Made by a program: the position numbers and the translations under genes
Notes under the pieces: model-generated
Database searches by the model: none
What the model was told of the DNA's origin: nothing
The model's input: only the letters and a program-made list of their open reading frames with translations
In this document: positions 26,601 through 38,856 of the stretch, piece after piece
Numbering within the stretch: the stretch's first letter is position 1
Layout of the letters: each line of letters begins with the position of its first letter
Assembly: GCF_018977255.1 (NCBI RefSeq)
Contig: NW_024704742.1
Location: 109,804,001 to 109,868,000, forward strand
DNA: 64,000 nucleotides
Direction: 5' to 3'
Source: Callorhinchus milii
Taxonomy: Eukaryota

Positions 26601-28198
26601 TGGGTTTTCACCCAAAAGTACCACATATGCATTTGTATGAAATGGCATGCCTATTCTCCATGGAGAGACGCACCCTGCTTAATCCTGAAAGGTTATCCAA
26701 ATGGCAAGAACCAAGTTTGTGGGAACTCAGAGTATGAATTGGAATTTAATTAGCTAAAACTACATGGCTGGCCATTGTGAACTTCTCACTGCTTGTCCAA
26801 TTAGGACCACCCTACCCAGTAGTGATTTGGTTCCTAGCCCTTCATACCAAGTCTGTTACTCCCAAGTTCTGCTGATGTGCTTGATCAACAGTGTCTTGGA
26901 GTACTGAGAACCTGTCTGGCTCAGAGACTGGATGAGACTGCCACAAAAGATCGACTCAAATCCAATATTTCATTGATTGGCGTGGTTCCTTGGAGACAAC
27001 TCAGACCCAAATATGTAAACAAAAATTTGAATTAATGTAATATTTAAACTTCAACCATAACTAAGATTAACTTAAACAATAATTTTCAAGAACATTTTAA
27101 AACAATAACATTTACATGTATATATTGTCGTACCTTTCAAACAAAGTATGGCATATTTCATATTGTTATTTCCAGCAATCTGTAAAATGAAAACGTAGAA
27201 AATAAACGTTATCCGCATAAAATAAAATGTTAAATTTTAATTGCGATTTGGGCAATAAAAATAGATGATGATGACAATAGAATGACAAATTAATATCATC
27301 TAAACTGAAGATTGAAAGTGATTCATATAGTTTCCTCCTATGGACATTCCCCTCCACAAATTTCATTCATTTAAGCTTATTTCTAATTTATCTTATTTAT
27401 ATCATGATGTTATATACAATAATGTGTATCAATTTATGTCCATGGAAATACCATATATTTATCCATTTTCTTCCCCGCTACATATATAGATAGAACTATT
27501 ATGGCGATAAGCGGATATAAGAGGTGTTATATACATTGTCTGTCTCTATAATTTTCTTACCTCAGTCACACATATTGCTTAACTGAATATTGTTCCTAAT
27601 ACTAAATTGCTTATTGATTTATGACCTCCATTTTATTATAGTTGAATAGTGTAAATTACTGGTTTGACATATAGCTTTAGAATGCACAAATAATTAAGAT
27701 ATATGATTTTTCTTGTTCTTCGTTCTATGATAAATATATCAGTGTTAGCATTCAAATGTCTCCAATTTACCACAATAATAATCTGAATAATATTGTGATA
27801 TATTCTTAAAATAGGTTGGATGTTGTCATACAATTCACCTATTTTGTCTGTTAATCTACATTGCATCATAGACTATAGACACTATGAATATAATTTCCAA
27901 CAAGTTTCAGCCATTTTCTTCTGTTGTCCGATCAATATATACTGCTTGAAATTTGTTTTGCAATAGTATTGTTTGATATCAAATCTTGGCTTTCGTGGCA
28001 GTTTCTTTCCACAACATTGTATTTCCAATCTGATGTTCAAAACAGGACATTTTACCTTGATTATTTTGCAAACTTCTCCATCCTTAGTGGGGTTGCCTTG
28101 GAGCTGAACTGGTTTGAAGGTGACCTTTCAAGGCAAAATCGAGGCAACCCTCTGTGGGGGTCTCGTTAGCCCAGTTCCTGAGCCAAGTGAATCCACAG

Positions 28199-28510
28199 TA
28201 ATAATAATCCTTGCATTTGATATAGCGCTTTTCATGTCGGGAGGACGTCCCAAAGTGCTTCACAGAACACACTGTAAAGTGAATTGACTGTATATTTGTG
28301 GGCGAACGCGGCAGCCAATTGTGCACAGCAATGTCCCACAAACAGTCGTAGATTGAAAATGACCAATTTATTATTGTTTTGGGTTTTGGAGGGATTATTA
28401 TTAGGCGTGTGGAGTAAGGAAACTTGCCCAAGGTTTCGCCCTGCCTGGAATTGAACTCAGGTCTCTCGCTTGAAAAGCGAGTGCTCTAACCACTGAGCTA
28501 CAGGACTCCA
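28199..28510 (-). mobile_element. Full-length tRNA-derived SINE, same young family
   Basis: Near-identical reverse complement of 32414-32729. Confidence 0.9.
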
Positions 28511-30675
28511 AGGGCATTGCTGATTTCAGCCCAGGCAGCCTGGCTCAGGGCAGGGACTCTTCCCACTGAGCTCCCCTGCAAGCCAAAGCCTAATGGGTAG
28601 AGTGGTCCTTTCTGGTCAAGCAGTGGGAAAGCTTTCCAGAGAATGCTTTGAATGGCATGCTATTCAGGTTTAGCTGGTTAGACTCCAGCAGTACCCCAAT
28701 ATACACACTCGGGTCCCCAAACGTTGGTTTTCATCAACCTGCATCGAATACCTTACTGAATTTGGTGGGCAGGATGTGTCTTTCCAGGGAGAGATGGTGC
28801 ATTCGATTCCAATAAAATTAACTCTGGAATTTCCATTTATAGGTGAGATGCAGGAACTCTCGTACTGGGTTTCCGCACCTGTTAGACACCCGCTGACCAA
28901 AAAAATGTTATCATTTCAGGAAGCATCTGCATTATCATTTCACCAAAGCATTTACTTCCCTGCTTTATGTGTATTCTTATCTCAGATACCTCTCTCTCTA
29001 TATATAATATATATATTAATAACAATAATCAACACATTTGGTATAGCATCTTTCATATTCAGAGGATGTCCCAAAGCGCTTCACAGGATATACTGTAAAG
29101 TGGACTTACTGTCTAATTTGTGAACAAACAATTTTCATTCAACTTTGGCACACAGATTGTGTAAGAACAACTAGTTTCTGTATGTCTGTTAATAAACCAC
29201 TGCACAGAAACAGCCATAGAGATTGGTAGAGTACCAGATTTATCTTTGGTCTAGTTTCACTGAGGTGGTGGTGGGCATGATGCCATTGACCTCAGTTCCG
29301 TTGGACTATGAAGGTAAAATATCATCCAGAGTTCATACGGTTTAGTTATACTGTGACGCTTGTGTGGATATTGTGAAAAAAACATGATTGGGCTCAGTTG
29401 CAATAACTATTTAAATAGGGGTTATCATATCACCCACACTCTGTCTTAGCATGGGGATCAGTTAGTTATGAGTTATAGCAAACATGTTGAGTAGAAATAC
29501 CTGTATTTGATTCATAACACTGATTTTTGTGCAGAGAACAGTTAATTATTTAAGAATTTGTTTTCACACCAGGTATAAATATAATCCTGTTTTGGTTGAG
29601 AATATGCTGGAACACAAAATTAATTATCATTGTTCAGTTTGTCTTTATGTATTATACATGGCCTTTTATATATATCATATATGTAATCATAAGTCAGTGA
29701 ATAAGATGCAAGTGTTCTGAAGACATCAAAAATAAATCATTATCAAAATCTGAGATGAGATTTCAGCCTTGGAATCACTCCAAACTTTTGACCAGTTTTT
29801 ATAATGTGCTGCACAGTTTATTTTTTTGTTGACATCAATCATGGCAAATGCAAATGGTCCACAAATGTGTTTCCCCCACAAAATAGACAGTCAATTCACT
29901 TTGTACTATATTCTGTGAAGCACTTTGAGACGTCTTGAAGATGTGATAAGGTGCTATATCAAATGCAAGGATTATTATTATCATGATCAGTGTGCTATGT
30001 GTTGATATCCATATTAAAAGAATAATAATTCTGGTGCAATTACTGGAGACTTGTTGAGTAATAATCTACAGTTAATTAACATGAAATATAGTCAGTATAC
30101 AGTATTGTAATTTGCTATTGTAAACTAACTTTGAAATAATTCCTATTGAACATGCAGGTGCACGTGAATTTGTTGGACTTGCAATTTATATTCCAGTAAT
30201 AAGGAAAGTTTTGTTTTATGTCCATTTCAGCATGATGGAGAATCTGGCAACACATTATGTTATAAGGTATATACAATAGTAATAATCCCTGCATTTGATA
30301 TAGCGCCTTATCACATCTTCAAGATGTCTCAAAGTACTTCACGGAATACTGTAAAGTGAATTGATTGTATATTTCGTGGACGAAATGTGATTATGAATTA
30401 TGTTGTAAGGCATATATGCAGTGTATGTAAGTTTAAACATATAATGATGCNAAAAAGGAAAAGTTCTAAATACATGTATTCATTAACAATTTTCAAAAAG
30501 CTAGATAATACACCATTAAGGTTTAGAAACATAAATTTCAACACAGAAAGCGGTCATTCTGTCCATGGTGTCTGTGCCACTATGGCATGTTTTGTTTGTT
30601 TTGCAATGAGGTAATTTCCCATTTTGTGATGACTGGTTGGTTAAAGCTCTTCTCCTATGAAATACTAATAATATA

Positions 30676-31060
30676 GTAATAGTGTTTGTAATTTATATCG
30701 CGCCTTATCATGTTCACAGGATATACTGTAAAGTGGATTGACAGTATTTTGTGGGCAAAACCCGGCAGCAAGTTTGTGCACAGCAATGTCCTAAAAGCCA
30801 CGGAGTGACTGACCAATTTCATTTGGGGGATTTGTTGGCCAGACAATGGGAGAAACCTTCTTTTCGAATGGTGCCATGGGATCTTTACTGTCGGAACCTC
30901 AGTTTAACACCTCATCCAAACGATGGCACCTCTGACAATACAAAAACACCCTAGCACTGCATTGTAGTGTCACCTTAGACTATGTGATTCCAAGTCCCGA
31001 CGTGGGGCTTCAACCCACAAACCTTCTGACTCAGTGGCGAGAGTGCTACCACTTGGCTAA
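30676..31060 (-). mobile_element. DeuSINE of a second family (SacSINE1/AmnSINE-like), near full length
   Basis: Different tRNA-like head, plus the Deu core TTCGAATGGTGCCATGGGATCTTT...TTTAACACCTCATCCAAACGATGGCACCTCTGACAAT and the shared L2-like tail. Confidence 0.8.
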
Positions 31061-31780
31061 CACACACATAATATGTAGTGTTTGCTCTAATTTTGTAATA
31101 AAGATAACGTTGGAATCTCAGTCACTTGGTTCTTTGTCACTTTGTGGCTGATTTGAAGGCTAATGCACTAAAAGTGGTGTCGATACCTATCAGATTTTAT
31201 TGTGTTGTTGTTCTTGTATCTTCTTCTCTTCTATTTTGCACCATTTCCTGGCCAAGAGTGTGTCTAGTTTACCTTCTCCCAGATCTCTCCATTGCTTTTC
31301 TTAAGGTGATTGCTATTTTTCTTCTGGCCAGGCAGGTGTCTGACATGTGTGGAGACCCCTTACTGTGTTTAAGAGTCTTCAGTTCCAGCTATCAAAAAGT
31401 CACAGAAATGGTTTGTGTTTGCCAATGTGAAGTGCCCAGAGGGAGCTCATACACACCTGCAGAAGCCAAGACACTAGGGTCTCGCATGTACTTCCGAGGA
31501 CTGAATTTATACCCACTACTAGCCTGTGAAATCGTTTCAATTTGGAAACTAATTCTGTTTAAGACCTATGGAAAATGGCTTTCAAATCAAGATACATTTT
31601 CCATAATTCTTTGTGATCTTAACTGTGAATAGAAAACAGAATGGAGCATCTTAGCCACTTTCACATCAGGATTTTCAGATATTTAAAGATCAACTGGTGA
31701 CTATCCTCTGGGGATTGCTCCAAGGTGTTATGGACACCATTGGCAGATTGGAATTAATCAATCCTCTGTGGCAGTCTGAG

Positions 31781-31943
31781 TAATAATAATAATAATCTTT
31801 ACATTTGCTATAGTGCCTTATCATGTCTTTGTGTCGACTCAAAGCGCTTCATAGAATATACTGTGAAGTGAATTGACTATATTTTGTGGGTGAAATGCGG
31901 CAGCCAATTGTGCACAGCAGTGTCCCACAAACAGTCATGGATT
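31781..31943 (-). mobile_element. SINE 3' half, truncated at the ERV LTR start
   Basis: (TAA)n tail and body stop at CAGTCATGGATT, immediately followed by TGTCACG. Confidence 0.8.
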
Positions 31944-33111
31944 TGTCACGATTACTCTATTCTTGCAGTCTTTTGTATTGTGTAAATAATTATGTATATG
32001 TAACTATATAATATTATTTAAGGGAAATGGGGAGGTCTGCCACTTTGAATGGGTTCTGTAAGATTCCAAATTGCAGAAGCTGCTTGCAGCAGAGTTAGCC
32101 ATTAGCCTACACGAGTTACAACCATGTACAGGCCCAGGGCTGCTTGATTGACAGTTGGCTAATAAGCACTAAGAAGCAGCCTGCAGAGTAAAATAACATC
32201 TGGGCGCTAGCGTATGAAAAAACCCTTATATTTGCATTATATGGTGGTTGGAGTCACACACCGAAAGCAATGCTCGGCGCTCCTTGTGATTGCTAACTAA
32301 TGGTCATCATCCAGCACGTACTGACGTGTACAGGACTACTGTACAGTCAGGTTGGTTAATATTTATTTACTAATGCCAGTTATAGTTATGTGTGATTGTT
32401 ATATTTTATGTTATGTGGAGTCCTGTAGCTCAGTGGTTAGAGCACTCGCTTTGCAAACGAGAGACCTGAGTTCAATTCCAGGCAGGGCGAAACCTTGGGC
32501 AAGTTTCCTTACCTCACACGCCTAATAATAATCCCTCCAAAAAACAATAATAAATTGGTCATTTTCAATCTACGACTGTTCGTGGGACATTGCTGTGCGC
32601 AATTGGCTGCCGCGTTCACCCACAAATATACAGTCAATTCACTTTACAGTGTGTTCTGTGAAGCGCTTTGGGATGTCCTCCCGACGTGAAAAGCGCTATA
32701 TCAAATGCAAGGATTATTATTATTATTATTTGCATCCATTGTTGTACATCTTAAATTGTTGTGTTCCTTATATGCAAGGTAGCCTAGGGTTCCTCGGTTT
32801 TAATAAAGAGCTGTTGTTTCCACTGAATGTATCCTCGAGTCTCTAGTATTCTAGACAAGAAAAGGAGTAAGCACTTTGGAGGGTAGTTGTCAACATTGGA
32901 GGTCAACTAGTGTGAGCAGACTCCGATTAGACATTCCAGTTACCAGGCATTGGGGTTAACTGGGAATACCTGTTTGTGTGTGACTCTGACTTGGTTGGCT
33001 CACCTTTGAAATAGGGACTCACACCGACAGGGTTAGGAGAGAAGCAGAGGCCACTTAGTACGAAAGCGTTAGTAAGATTTGCACGTACATCGAGGGGTGA
33101 GAACAGTTGCA
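31944..33111 (+). repeat. Putative 5' LTR (~850 bp after removing the SINE inserted at 32414-32729)
   Basis: Starts with TGTCACG exactly where an older SINE is cut off. Ends ...GTTGCA 2 nt before the PBS. AATAAA at 32802-32807. There is no second LTR to confirm the 5' boundary. Confidence 0.6.
32414..32729 (+). mobile_element. Full-length tRNA-derived SINE (Deu-domain-like body, L2-like 3' tail), inserted in the LTR
   Basis: Box A TAGCTCAGTGG (32426-32436) and box B GAGTTCAATTCC (32468-32479). Body GTGGGACATTGCTGTGCGCAATTGGCTGCCGCG. Tail GCGCTTTGGGATGTCCTCCCGACGTGAAAAGCGCTATATCAAATGCAAGGA(TTA)n. Confidence 0.9.
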
Positions 33112-33113
33112 CT

Positions 33114-33131
33114 TGGCGCCCAATGCGGGGC
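33114..33131 (+). promoter_or_regulatory. Retroviral primer-binding site, tRNA-Lys1,2 type
   Basis: TGGCGCCCAATGCGGGGC versus the canonical TGGCGCCCAACGTGGGGC (16/18), followed by TCGA as in foamy viruses. Confidence 0.88.
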
Positions 33132-33189
33132 TCGAGGACATTGATGTAGAACTTCAGAATTTACTTCTACTGGAGTGTAAGGATAAGTT

Positions 33190-34700
33190 AATGGTAGATA
33201 CAACAAAATGCGACCAGGACAAATTTCTTAACACACAACATTCTGCATTCTAGGAAACATACGGGACGAACCCATCGAGAAACAATTCCGATGGGGGAAT
33301 GGCTATATGAATGAAGCATAGCTACTACCAATTCAGTAACTTGAGAGAATCGAGGTCCTTAGCGTGAAAAAACTTAATGAGTCTGATGAAGAAATAGAGT
33401 ATTTAGCATATAGAGACTGGGATAGGCAAACCCTCCAACTGAAGAAATTAAAATGTTAAAATTGACCCAAAGAGGCAATTTTAACTACAGTAGCAGAAGT
33501 AGAGCAGGAGCGAGTGCTTTGTTGCAGCTGAGGAAAGGCATAAGGTTAACCGACCCAAATAAGGAAAGCAAATCAAAACAAACCTCCTCGGGTGAGCAGT
33601 TTAGACTCAACTATACCTGGCTCCTTACAGCCCGGTATGTGGTTCAAGAACGGAGATCTCCGGCTAGCTCAGTGACTAGAAGATCCTATTTGAAGGGTTC
33701 TTGGGGCACTGCGTGGGATGCCAACACAGAATTTTTTTTAAGCTTTGTACGAGGCACCAAGTGTACTGGCAGTGAAAGAGAGAGCGCGAGGATGGTTGCG
33801 GAGACCGCATGGGAGGAGGCCATAGAGGAAAATTGGGAGGGAAACCTCACAAAAGTACTCACTCAGTTCAAAACCTGGGGAAAAGCTTTCTAAGGTACCA
33901 GCGGAATGCCTGATAATTGGCTCCGCTCCCAAATTAAGAGCAGACCCGTTGCTGCATTTAAATCATGGTGCAGATTATCTTCAAAAAGCGCAAATGGGAG
34001 CAGCAGTCTTCTCCCTCCCATCGGGACTAGTAGCAGGAATACATTTAACCTGAAAATATCGAGAATATACAAAAAATGCAACAGAGGCTTTTGAGCCACA
34101 GAAACAAATACTTTCCGAAATATACGAAAATAAAGTAACTGAAATAAATATAGCTTTGCGAGAAATGTAGGCTGATGTGCAGAGGTTGTCCGATCAACTT
34201 CTGTAAGCATATTATATTATAGTGAATAAGATATTATAGTGCAATTAAGGTTAGATGAGGCAGGGCAGCTGTCCCAAATAACGGAATTAAAAGCACAATT
34301 AACAAGTAAGGGACTCTTAAACGAGGGACCAGAAGTTTTAATGAGCGTAAATTGCGCACGGGAAAACATCCACGTGGCAAATGATAATGGTGTACAGTTG
34401 GCGAATTACTCACACACTGAAAGTGGGCTGGGCTTAAATCCTTAACAGGCACTGTGCCCGAATTTAAAGAAATTGAAAGCTGGCTGGATTCGCGACAGCG
34501 AAATTGGTAGATTATCTGAGTAAAGCCGCCGTGCAGATTTATTTGCAACAGTAAATAAACGCTAGAGGGACCTGATCAATCCCAAGTAGGATAATTTGGT
34601 TATGGTGCTTAGCGAAATTAAAGGAACAGTCGTAAGAGAAGGATAAAATAGACCAGGTTAGGGCGTTAAAAAACGGACATCCCCAAGTGCTAGCGTCCAA
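33190..34700 (+). pseudogene. Probable gag remnant of the ERV
   Basis: A-rich coding-like sequence between the PBS and RT, with a residual 146-aa ORF (33453-33893). Assigned by position only; no diagnostic motif recognised. Confidence 0.45.
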
Positions 34701-34914
34701 AATCACCAAATTATTTTCAAAGGAGCTCTGGGAGAAATGTTTCTAATGGCAATGCCACCAGATAGAAGAAGTTTCGTCCTTGCCTCTGACGTCGATCCAC
34801 TCAAGCCAGGGCGCTGGGACTTAATAATTAAAGGGCGTAAAAGCATTACCGTTTTTATTGTACAAACAATTTATTTGTTGAAAACAATCAATGTCATGAC
34901 AATTATGATCAGTG

Positions 34915-35580
34915 ACTCAAACGCTGATCTAAAAAATATTATCCAGGAATTAGAAAGGAGAGATATAATTACAAAATGTGAATCTTCAGCAAATTCACCT
35001 CTTTTGCCGTTGCGTAAAGCAGATGGGTCATGGTGACTGGTTATAGAGTTCCGTCAGTTAAATACTGCTACCGAAACAACAACGGGTCAAAGCACATCAT
35101 TTGGTGGAAATTTAGACAATCTTCCTAAGGGAAAATACAAAACGACCTTGGATCTGACTAACAGGTTCAAGAGTGTTCCCTTAGCTAAAGATGATAGGTG
35201 GAAAACAGCATTTGCCTTCCGTGGACAGCACTTCCATTGGTCCCGACTGCCGTAGAGATGGAAAAATTCTCCTGCCATTTTTAACGAGTGCACACAACAG
35301 ACCGTGATTGGGATCCCTGGTGTCATTTGTTATGTAGATGATATTTCGAACATCTTAAGAAATTGGAAGGCTGGAGGTGCTCACTTCTGCGAGATCTAAA
35401 ATAAACCTTAAGAAAAGCTAGATAGGCTGATATAAAGTAGATTTCCTTGGCCATGCTTTCTGAGAAGATGTGGTAGGTCTGTTGGAGGGTTATCTAGAAA
35501 AAATTTAAAAAATGGTGACTCCTAAAAACAGGAAACAATTACAAGGAATTTTGGGGCTCTGTAATTCTGGCCGCAATTTT
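34915..35580 (+). pseudogene. pol: Retroviral pol (reverse transcriptase) pseudogene, foamy-like
   Basis: Manual translation: ADLKNIIQELERRDIITKCESSANSPLLPLRKADGSW*LVIEFRQLNTATETTTGQSTSFGGNLDNLPKGKYKTTLDLTNRFKSVPLAKDDRWKTAFAFRGQHFHWSRLP*RWKNSPAIFNECTQQTVIGIPGVICYVDDI (YVDD at 35331-35342). After a disruption it continues KINLKKS*IG*YKVDFLGHAF*EDVVGLLEGYLEKI*KMVTPKNRKQLQGILGLCNSGRNF. Confidence 0.9.
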
Positions 35581-36390
35581 GAAGGGATTTTGGGAGGCAG
35601 TTCCAGAGAGTGGGAACATAGTGGCTGAAGACTTAGCTGCCTTGAAAATATCTTTACATTGTTTTTTTGCCATTTTACAGTGGTTGGACTAGAAGATTTG
35701 ACTCCCAGCTTCAGTTTCCATTGAAAGCATTTAATGGGCACTTTGAGCAATTTATTTCTTTATCAGACCAATAGAAAGACTAGTAGTGGATGGTACCTTG
35801 GTGGGGGAGAAAAAACACTAAGAGGGATAGGTGATCATGGAATGGTCATGACGGAGGAATTCAGTGACCTAGTTCATTCCTGTCCTGAAAGATTCATAGT
35901 GGTGGGTTAGGAACAAAGGGACAAAAAACAGGCAATGTACCCAACAGATGTCTGGCAAGCTTTCCCGTTGCTTGTCCAGCTAGATCCACCCTACCTGTTA
36001 GGGTTTTGGCTTGGAGGGTTAACACAAGCTGAGTGGGAGGATTCCTTGCCTCCAGTGACTGGTCTGCCCTTCCAAGTCCTACTGATGAGCCAGGATGGCT
36101 GTGCTGTCATCAGCAGTACCCTGGATTACTGCGGACCTGCGGAGCTCAGGAACTGGACTACCGAGACCACCACAGAGGGCTGGCTCGAATTTGACATTCT
36201 GTTGCCAAACATGTGACCTTGGAGCCAGTTCAGCTCCAAGGAGACCCTGCTTAGCTCCCCCACCCAAAGGAGGATAGTCACTAATTGGTCATTTGACATT
36301 CAACAAACACAGGTTTGAGTCCTTACTAGGTGGATGGTAGACACCAGGAACTCCCTGCGAGTTTCCTGTTGGGCTACACAGCTCCGCTTG

Positions 36391-36600
36391 ACACAAAATA
36401 TTGCAGAGGCTGGAAAACTGAAATAAAAACAGAAGTCACTGGGAACACTCAACAGGTCAGGCAGCATCTATGGAGAGAGGAAAGTGAGTTTTCATTTCAG
36501 ATCTGACGAAAATTCAGCGACCTGAAACGTTAACTCACTTTCCTTGCTCCATAGATGCTGCTTGATCTGCTGAGTGTTCTCAGTGACTTCTGTTTTTATT
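36391..36600. repeat. Palindromic interspersed repeat (chondrichthyan Penelope-terminus/MER6-like type)
   Basis: Arms 36421-36490 and 36532-36600 are reverse complements; the centre contains CTGACGA...GAAACGTT. A related copy is at 19100-19232. Confidence 0.75.
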
Positions 36601-38856
36601 ACAGCTCAGCATGAAATATGTGAGAGCATTGTCGCCATCTTCCTGTTGACAGCTTGGGCACACATCCCTTCCCATTGAGCGATGGTTCAGAGGGGTTTAT
36701 TATTATGAACAGAGCAGCTGGAATATGACTATTATTTCATCAACTAGTACAACACTGTACACACTGACATTTGAAGTACTAAAGAAATTTAAGGATTGAA
36801 AATTGCAAATAAAAGAGTAACCAGGAGCCAACCTACACGGGCACTTATTGGTGTAAAATTTAAGGTGATCACCCCTTTAAATCCAGACAATACTTTGAGA
36901 ATACTTTGAATTTTGGAGAAAATGTTATTGCATGCACAGACATTGCCAAAAAATAGACTTTTGATGTAAGTAGGAAAATTGTTTTCATTTTTTTTGTTAA
37001 AATGTGTTTCAATTATTCTACAATGTTTTGACTCATTACCTCCCAGATAAACTTGGGACTCAGCCGTGACCTCACCAGTACTCTGGTCCTCTTTCCTTGT
37101 TGACAGCCTTGACCCTCATCTCCCTCTCACAATTGCCCTGGCTCTCTTCTCACACAGTGATTTGAATCTGGTCTTCAGGTCTTGCTCTCACTTGATGCAA
37201 ACTTCTGGTTGTTTTTTTGGGGGGGCGCAGGAGGGAGGTGGTCATTCCAAAATTATGGGTATGTATATGCTAGTAACTTTTTCCAACTATGAAGTAAAAC
37301 GATTTTCCCTGAATGTTGGTCAACGTTTTAATAATCTGGAGTGACAGAACTATCTATGACACTGCTTCAGGCATTTCCATTGCAGGATTTGTTAGGACTG
37401 ATAGTCATGGCTCATAATAGACTTTTTAGTCCACTCTACTTGCATATCATAGTTGAGTGCAAAAACAAGTTCATATAAGAGCGCTTAATTGGCTAGGCAC
37501 AAGAACAATAATTCAAAATAAGAAGAATTGTTTTTAATTTTTGTATAGTAATACAGAATTTATAAGTGGTGGTACTTGGCCAAATGTTCATACACTATTT
37601 GCTGTGAAGAACACAACAATAAATTGCATTTGTATAGCGCCTTTCATGTTGGGAGGATGTCCCATGGCGCTGAACAATATAGAAATATAGCATGTATAGC
37701 ACCTAAATAGAAATTGAACCCATTTTATTCTTTTGAACCTTTTAAAACAAAATGTGTTCACTTTCAAACAATGGATCATTTCAGTTCAAGAAGGTGGGCA
37801 AATGATTGTTCCTAGGCCCCAGTATTGTCCTAACCATAACAGAGATGTGCAAAAGTAACATTATTATTATTTCAAGACAACTATGTTGTCACATTTGGTA
37901 GTTTTGTCATCCAGTGGGAAAGTTCAGAAATCAGGACAGAAATCACTGTCCTTCTAATCCTGGTGCATTCCATTGGTACAGCAATATACGTGAAGTCATA
38001 TTTTTGAAACAGTCATTACGGCCTAGAGTAAAGCAAGTTTATAATGTTATATATAATTATTCACTAGAATTTCTAATGAAGATACATAAATAAAGTTAGC
38101 ATTTAGTAGCAACATTTTAACACAGAATATTGCGCTGTGGGAAATACTAGTATTGTTGTATGGTTCCATTAGGAGGGTGAGGAAAATCGTAGGCTGAAGA
38201 GCCAATCAGTGCGCTCAAGCCATCACAATTGCCTATTGAGTCCGAGCAGATCAGCTACTACTTATTGAGCAACTGACACAGGTGGAGTGGCTTATGCATC
38301 CTTGCTGCCGGAAAAATTGAGTAGCTCTTTCCATGACAATGTTAGGATGTTTTGGGCCTGCTCAGTTAAGGAAATTAACCAAACCGCTGGTCATTTTGTC
38401 CTTTACTCTGCATCATATGTCATTCAGCACACTCTTTGCCATGACATCTACATACTGAAACACAAAACAAATTCTGCCCCTCCAACCTCACAGTGAAGAA
38501 AGCAACTAAAAAATGTTAGTTCAATGTGAGAAACTTTTATTGTGCTTCCGCACCTCAATGTAAACCCAACAGATGCCTGTTGTGCAATCCATGAACTTGC
38601 ATGCAATTGGCACCTTCCAAGCATTATACTTTGTCTTTGCCCATTATGACAAGTTACAAATCACTTGTATGCTACAAAGACATTTTGGCTTGTTTCACTA
38701 ATAATGTGTCATTACATTATTCATTACAGTTTAAAACTATTTCATTACAGATATTACTTTGAAACATAACTAAATTATTATTACATGTAGGAGAAGTAAT
38801 GATTCTTGTGTATATTTGGATACTAATTCAGACCCATCTCCTGATATCAAGTAAGA

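Larger units (their letters stand above)
31944..35600 (+). mobile_element. Degraded endogenous retrovirus, foamy-virus-like: 5' LTR, PBS, gag-like remnant and pol RT remnant; no 3' LTR seen
   Basis: TG...CA-bounded LTR candidate, PBS TGGCGCCCAATGCGGGGCTCGA, and an RT remnant with KYKTTLDL and YVDD motifs interrupted by stops. Confidence 0.85.

Noticed and set aside
30451..30451. Single N base
   Set aside because: Assembly ambiguity, not biology. It does show the consensus is imperfect, which bears on the exon frameshift.
31126..31632. 168-aa hydrophobic ORF
   Set aside because: No ATG start, no recognisable homology or splice signals; T-rich intronic composition explains the hydrophobicity.
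32417..32490. tRNA-Ala-like sequence with box A/B
   Set aside because: It is the head of a multi-copy SINE running straight into the SINE body, without a complete acceptor stem.
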